Origin: Squalus acanthias
Taxonomy: Eukaryota
Direction: 5' to 3'
NCBI GenBank assembly: GCA_030390025.1
Contig: CM059432.1
Coordinates: forward strand, 97,838,001-97,902,000
DNA length: 64,000 nucleotides
Shown here: in pieces, positions 60,384 through 64,000 of the stretch
Position numbering within the stretch: position 1 is the stretch's first letter
How the letters are laid out: each line of letters starts with the position of its first letter
Program-made: the position numbers and the translations under genes
The notes under the pieces: model-generated
The model's input: the letters and a program-made list of their open reading frames with translations, nothing else
Told to the model about the DNA's origin: nothing
The model's database searches: none

Positions 60384-62608
60384 ATTCCCCCCCTTTAAAA
60401 GAAAAGGGTGTAAAAGAAAGGACAGTCATCCGTGGCTAAGTAAAGAAATTAAGGATAGTATTCGACTAAAAACAAGGGCATATAAGGTAGCGAAATCTAG
60501 TGGGAGGACAGAGGATTGGGAAAACTTTAAAAGGCAGCAAAAAATAACAAAAAGATTGATTAAGAAAGGGAAGATAGATTATGAAAGTAAATTAGCAAAA
60601 AATATAAAAACAGATAGTAAGAGTTTTTATAGTTATATAAAAAGAAAAAGGGTGGCTAAAGTAAATGTTGGTCCCTTAGAGGATGAGACCGGGAAATTAA
60701 TGGTGGGAAATATGGAGATGGCAAAAACACTGAATGAATATTTTGTATCAGTCTTTACAGTAGAGGACACTAAGAATATCCCAACACTGGACAAACAGGG
60801 GGCTACAGGGGGAGAGGAGCTAAACACGATCAAAATCACTAAGGAAGTGGTACTCGGTAAAATAATGGGACTCAAGGCGGATAAATCACCTGGACCTGAT
60901 GGCTTACATCCTAGAGTCTTGAAGGAAGTGGCGGTAGGGATTGTAGATGCATTGGTAATAATTTTTCAAAACTCCCTGGATTCCGCTAAGGTCCCGGCAG
61001 ACTGGAAAACTGCTAATGTAACACCCTTATTTAAAAAGGGCAGTAGACAGAAGGCTGGTAACTATAGACCGGTTAGCCTAACATCTGTGGTAGGTAAAAT
61101 TTTGGAGTCCATTATTAAGGAAACAGTAACAGGACATTTGGATAATCATAATTTAATAGGACAAAGTCAGCATGGTTTTACAAAGGGGAAGTCATGTTTG
61201 ACAAATTTGCTGGAGTTCTTTGAGGAAGTAACATATAGAGTGGATAAAGGGGAACCAGTGGACGTAGTGTATTTAGACTTCCAAAAGGCATTTGACAAGG
61301 TGCCACACAAAAGATTATTGCTTAAGGTAAAAAATCACGGGATTGGGGGTAATATTCTGGCATGGATAGAGGATTGGCTATCTAACAGAAAGCAAAGAGT
61401 TGGGATAAATGGTTCATTCTCAGACTGGCAATCAGTAACTAGTGGTGTTCCACAGGGGTCAGTGCTGGGTCCCCAACTCTTTACAATCTATATTAACGAT
61501 TTGGAGGAAGGGACCAAGTGTAACATATCAAAATTTGCAGATGATACAAAGATGGGAGGGAAAGTAGTGAGTGAGGAGGACATAAAAAACCTGCAAGGGG
61601 ACATAGACAGGCTAAGTAAGTGGGCAGAGATTTGGCAGATGGAATACAACACTGGAAAGTGTGAGGTGATGCACTTTGGCAGGAAAAATCCTAGAGCAAT
61701 TTATTATCTTAATGGCAAGAAACTGGAGAGTACTGAAGCACAAAGGGATCTGGGGGTCCTGGTGCACGAAACTCAAAAGGTTAGTATGCAGGTGCAGCAA
61801 GTGATTAAGAAGGCAAATGGAATGTTGGCTTTCATTGCTAGGGGGATAGAATATAAAAATAGGGAGGTATTGCTTCAGTTGTACAAGGTATTGGTGAGAC
61901 CGCACCTGGAATACTGCATACAGTTTTGGTGTCCTTACTTAAGGAAAGACATCCTTGCTCTCGAGGCAGTGCAAAAAAGGTTCACTCGGTTAATCCCGGG
62001 AATGAGGGGGTGGTCATATGAGGAGAGGTTGGGTAGATTGGGACTCTACTCATTGGAGTTCAGAAGAATGAGAGGCGATCTTATTGAAACATATAAGATT
62101 GTGAAGGGGTTGGATCGGGTGGATGCGGGGAGGATGTTCCCGATGACGGGTGAGACTAGAACTAGGGGACATAGTCTTAGAATAAGGGGCTGCTCTTTCA
62201 AAACTGAGATGAGGAGGAACTACTTCACTCAGAGGGTGGTAGGTCCATGGAATATGCTGCCACAAAAAGCTGTAGAAGCTACATCATTAAATAAATTTAA
62301 AACAGAAATAGACAGTTTCCTAGAAGTAAAGGGCATTAAGGGTTACGGGGAGCGGGCAGGAATTTGGACATGAGTCTAGGTTCGGATCGGTCATGGCCCT
62401 GTGGGTAGTGGAGCGAGCCCAGGGACCGTGTACGCTGATTCTGCTCCTATTTCGTGTGTGCAATTCTGTTAGATGCAGGAGATGGTTCTGTGATAGATAG
62501 TAGATTGGCGGTTAGGATCAGATCAGCCATGATCTTATTGAATGGCGGAGCAGGCTCGAGGGGCCGATTGGCCTACTCCTGCTCCTATTTCTTATGTTCT
62601 TATGTTCT
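60384..62608 (+). mobile_element. Young 5'-truncated CR1/HER1 LINE
   Basis: Stop-free ORF2 remainder; perfect (TTCTTATG)n tail. Confidence 0.95.
60556..62373 (+). CDS. CR1 ORF2 reverse transcriptase portion (605 aa open; endonuclease absent by truncation)
   Basis: [44 protein letters not shown]. The frame is also open upstream to ~60398; there is no native start or promoter. Confidence 0.8.
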   Translation: MIKKGKIDYESKLAKNIKTDSKSFYSYIKRKRVAKVNVGPLEDETGKLMVGNMEMAKTLNEYFVSVFTVEDTKNIPTLDKQGATGGEELNTIKITKEVVLGKIMGLKADKSPGPDGLHPRVLKEVAVGIVDALVIIFQNSLDSAKVPADWKTANVTPLFKKGSRQKAGNYRPVSLTSVVGKILESIIKETVTGHLDNHNLIGQSQHGFTKGKSCLTNLLEFFEEVTYRVDKGEPVDVVYLDFQKAFDKVPHKRLLLKVKNHGIGGNILAWIEDWLSNRKQRVGINGSFSDWQSVTSGVPQGSVLGPQLFTIYINDLEEGTKCNISKFADDTKMGGKVVSEEDIKNLQGDIDRLSKWAEIWQMEYNTGKCEVMHFGRKNPRAIYYLNGKKLESTEAQRDLGVLVHETQKVSMQVQQVIKKANGMLAFIARGIEYKNREVLLQLYKVLVRPHLEYCIQFWCPYLRKDILALEAVQKRFTRLIPGMRGWSYEERLGRLGLYSLEFRRMRGDLIETYKIVKGLDRVDAGRMFPMTGETRTRGHSLRIRGCSFKTEMRRNYFTQRVVGPWNMLPQKAVEATSLNKFKTEIDSFLEVKGIKGYGERAGIWT

Positions 62609-62629
62609 TTAGACCTGGATCATGTTCTT

Positions 62630-62932
62630 ACCCCCTCCCCACTGTTCTCACCGTGCTCTCTCCCAACAAGCTCCTGACATTCTCTCCCCGAGCTCCTGAC
62701 CTTCTCCAACCTCTCCGATTCCTCCCTCTCTGAGCTCCTCTCCCCCCTCTGATCCCCTCACCTCCCTCCCCTCCAATCCCCTCTCCTCTCCCCACTCTGA
62801 TCCCCTCTCCTCTCCCCCTCCGATCTCCTCTCCTCTCCCCCCTCCGATCTCCTCTCCTTTCTCTCTTTGTTACCCTCTCCTCTCCCCCCTCCGATCTCCT
62901 CTCCTCTCCCCCCTTCAATTTCCTCTCCTCTC
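62630..62932. repeat. Polypyrimidine low-complexity tract with CCCCCTCCGATCTCCTCTC repeats
   Basis: Read directly. Confidence 0.85.
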
Positions 62933-63574
62933 TGATATTGCGAATCGGACTGGGATTACAAACTCCTGGGTTCCAGTTATGGCTGCATAAGATAGTGAGG
63001 CTGGAAAAACAGCACAGCCAAAGGGCTGCTTTGAATTGTTATTCTCTTGTTCTTTTGAGCCGTGGTTACAGAGCTACAATATTTGGGGTAAACGCACAGA
63101 TGCCCACCATTCAATCAAGGATGGCAGTCAAAGTTTTCACCTCCCAATATCATTTTCCTCTGCAAGGGGCCGGGTCCACCGCCAGCCCGGCTCAGAACTC
63201 CTGCCCACTCGTTGCACCATCGGCATCGGCAATTACAACCAAATTCAAGCTCTCCCCAAGGTTACCCCTTCGATCCCCTCTCCTCCCTCCCACCCACCCC
63301 TTTAATCCCCTCTCCTCTTGCCCCCACCACATCCAATCCCCTGACACTGTTGGGTACTGCACAAGTGCGACCGGATCGAGTGCACATGTGCGGTACCAAA
63401 CAGGCACACATGCGCAGAGAGAATCAAAAATGCGATGCATATAATCACTCCGCCCAAAATCAGCGGAAAAATGGAGCGGGAATGCCTCCCCAACCTCGAT
63501 TTCCTTCCCCGCCTCTCCATCCAGGACTGTTACGGATTACACTTTCCCCATCTAACACATGTAAATAGTGGTAT

Positions 63575-63970
63575 TGAGATAGAGGATCAACCATGATCTC
63601 ATTGAATGGTGGAGCAGGCTCGAAGGGCTGAATGGCCTACTCCTGCTCCTATTTTTCTATGTTTCTATAGGGACAGGTAGAAGAGCCAAGGGTTGTTTAC
63701 TCTGGAGAAGAGAAGGCTCAGGATAATTATTATCAAGTATTCAAGATTCTTATGGGGATAAATTAATTGAATTGATAATAGCTTTGAGAATGTCCCAAAC
63801 TCTAGAAAGTAGAACATGAGCTCAAGGTTAGAAGACAGAAAGCGCACAGACAGCTTAGATTTAACTGCTTCATTAATAATGTAGTGAACATATGGAATGG
63901 ACTGTCCAGAAAGGTAGTGGAGACAGATAGACAGGAAAAGAATGAAGGAAAATTAGAAAGATATTTGAGG
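63575..63970 (+). mobile_element. HER1/HE1 3' tail (63575-63668) followed by an older CR1 3' fragment
   Basis: GGATCAACCATGATCTCATTGAATGG...TTTCTATGTTTCTAT, then LFTLEKRRL-type sequence. Confidence 0.7.
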
Positions 63971-64000
63971 GAATAAAAACAGAAAATGCTGGAAATACTC

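Overview
Eukaryotic, transposon-dense, non-genic window, most likely cartilaginous fish (shark), judged from HER1/CR1 LINEs with (TTCTTATG)n tails, DeuSINE/SacSINE-like SINEs and RTE-BovB-like LINEs. No host protein-coding exon, RNA gene or CRISPR array could be supported. The dominant system is a PIF/Harbinger DNA-transposon radiation. It comprises five two-gene elements (HARBI1-like DDE transposase convergent with a spliced Myb/SANT partner gene, all decayed), one further Myb remnant, and several CpG-rich non-autonomous derivatives with 12-bp TIRs and 3-bp TSDs. These are nested with CR1, L2, RTE, Zenon-like LINEs, SINEs and a Gypsy relic. The most notable observations are: (i) an ~0.9-kb MITE family (3 copies) that keeps both inward-facing promoter ends, with a CRE motif shared with a distant Harbinger; (ii) family-specific subterminal motif arrays; (iii) an inverted transposase fragment placed in a transposase leader (possible dsRNA source); (iv) minimal Penelope-type hammerhead ribozyme cores; (v) a young stop-free CR1 RT copy with a duplicated 3' end; (vi) a perfect 23-bp tandem array. 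Coordinates were read by eye and family names come from pattern recognition, not database searches.
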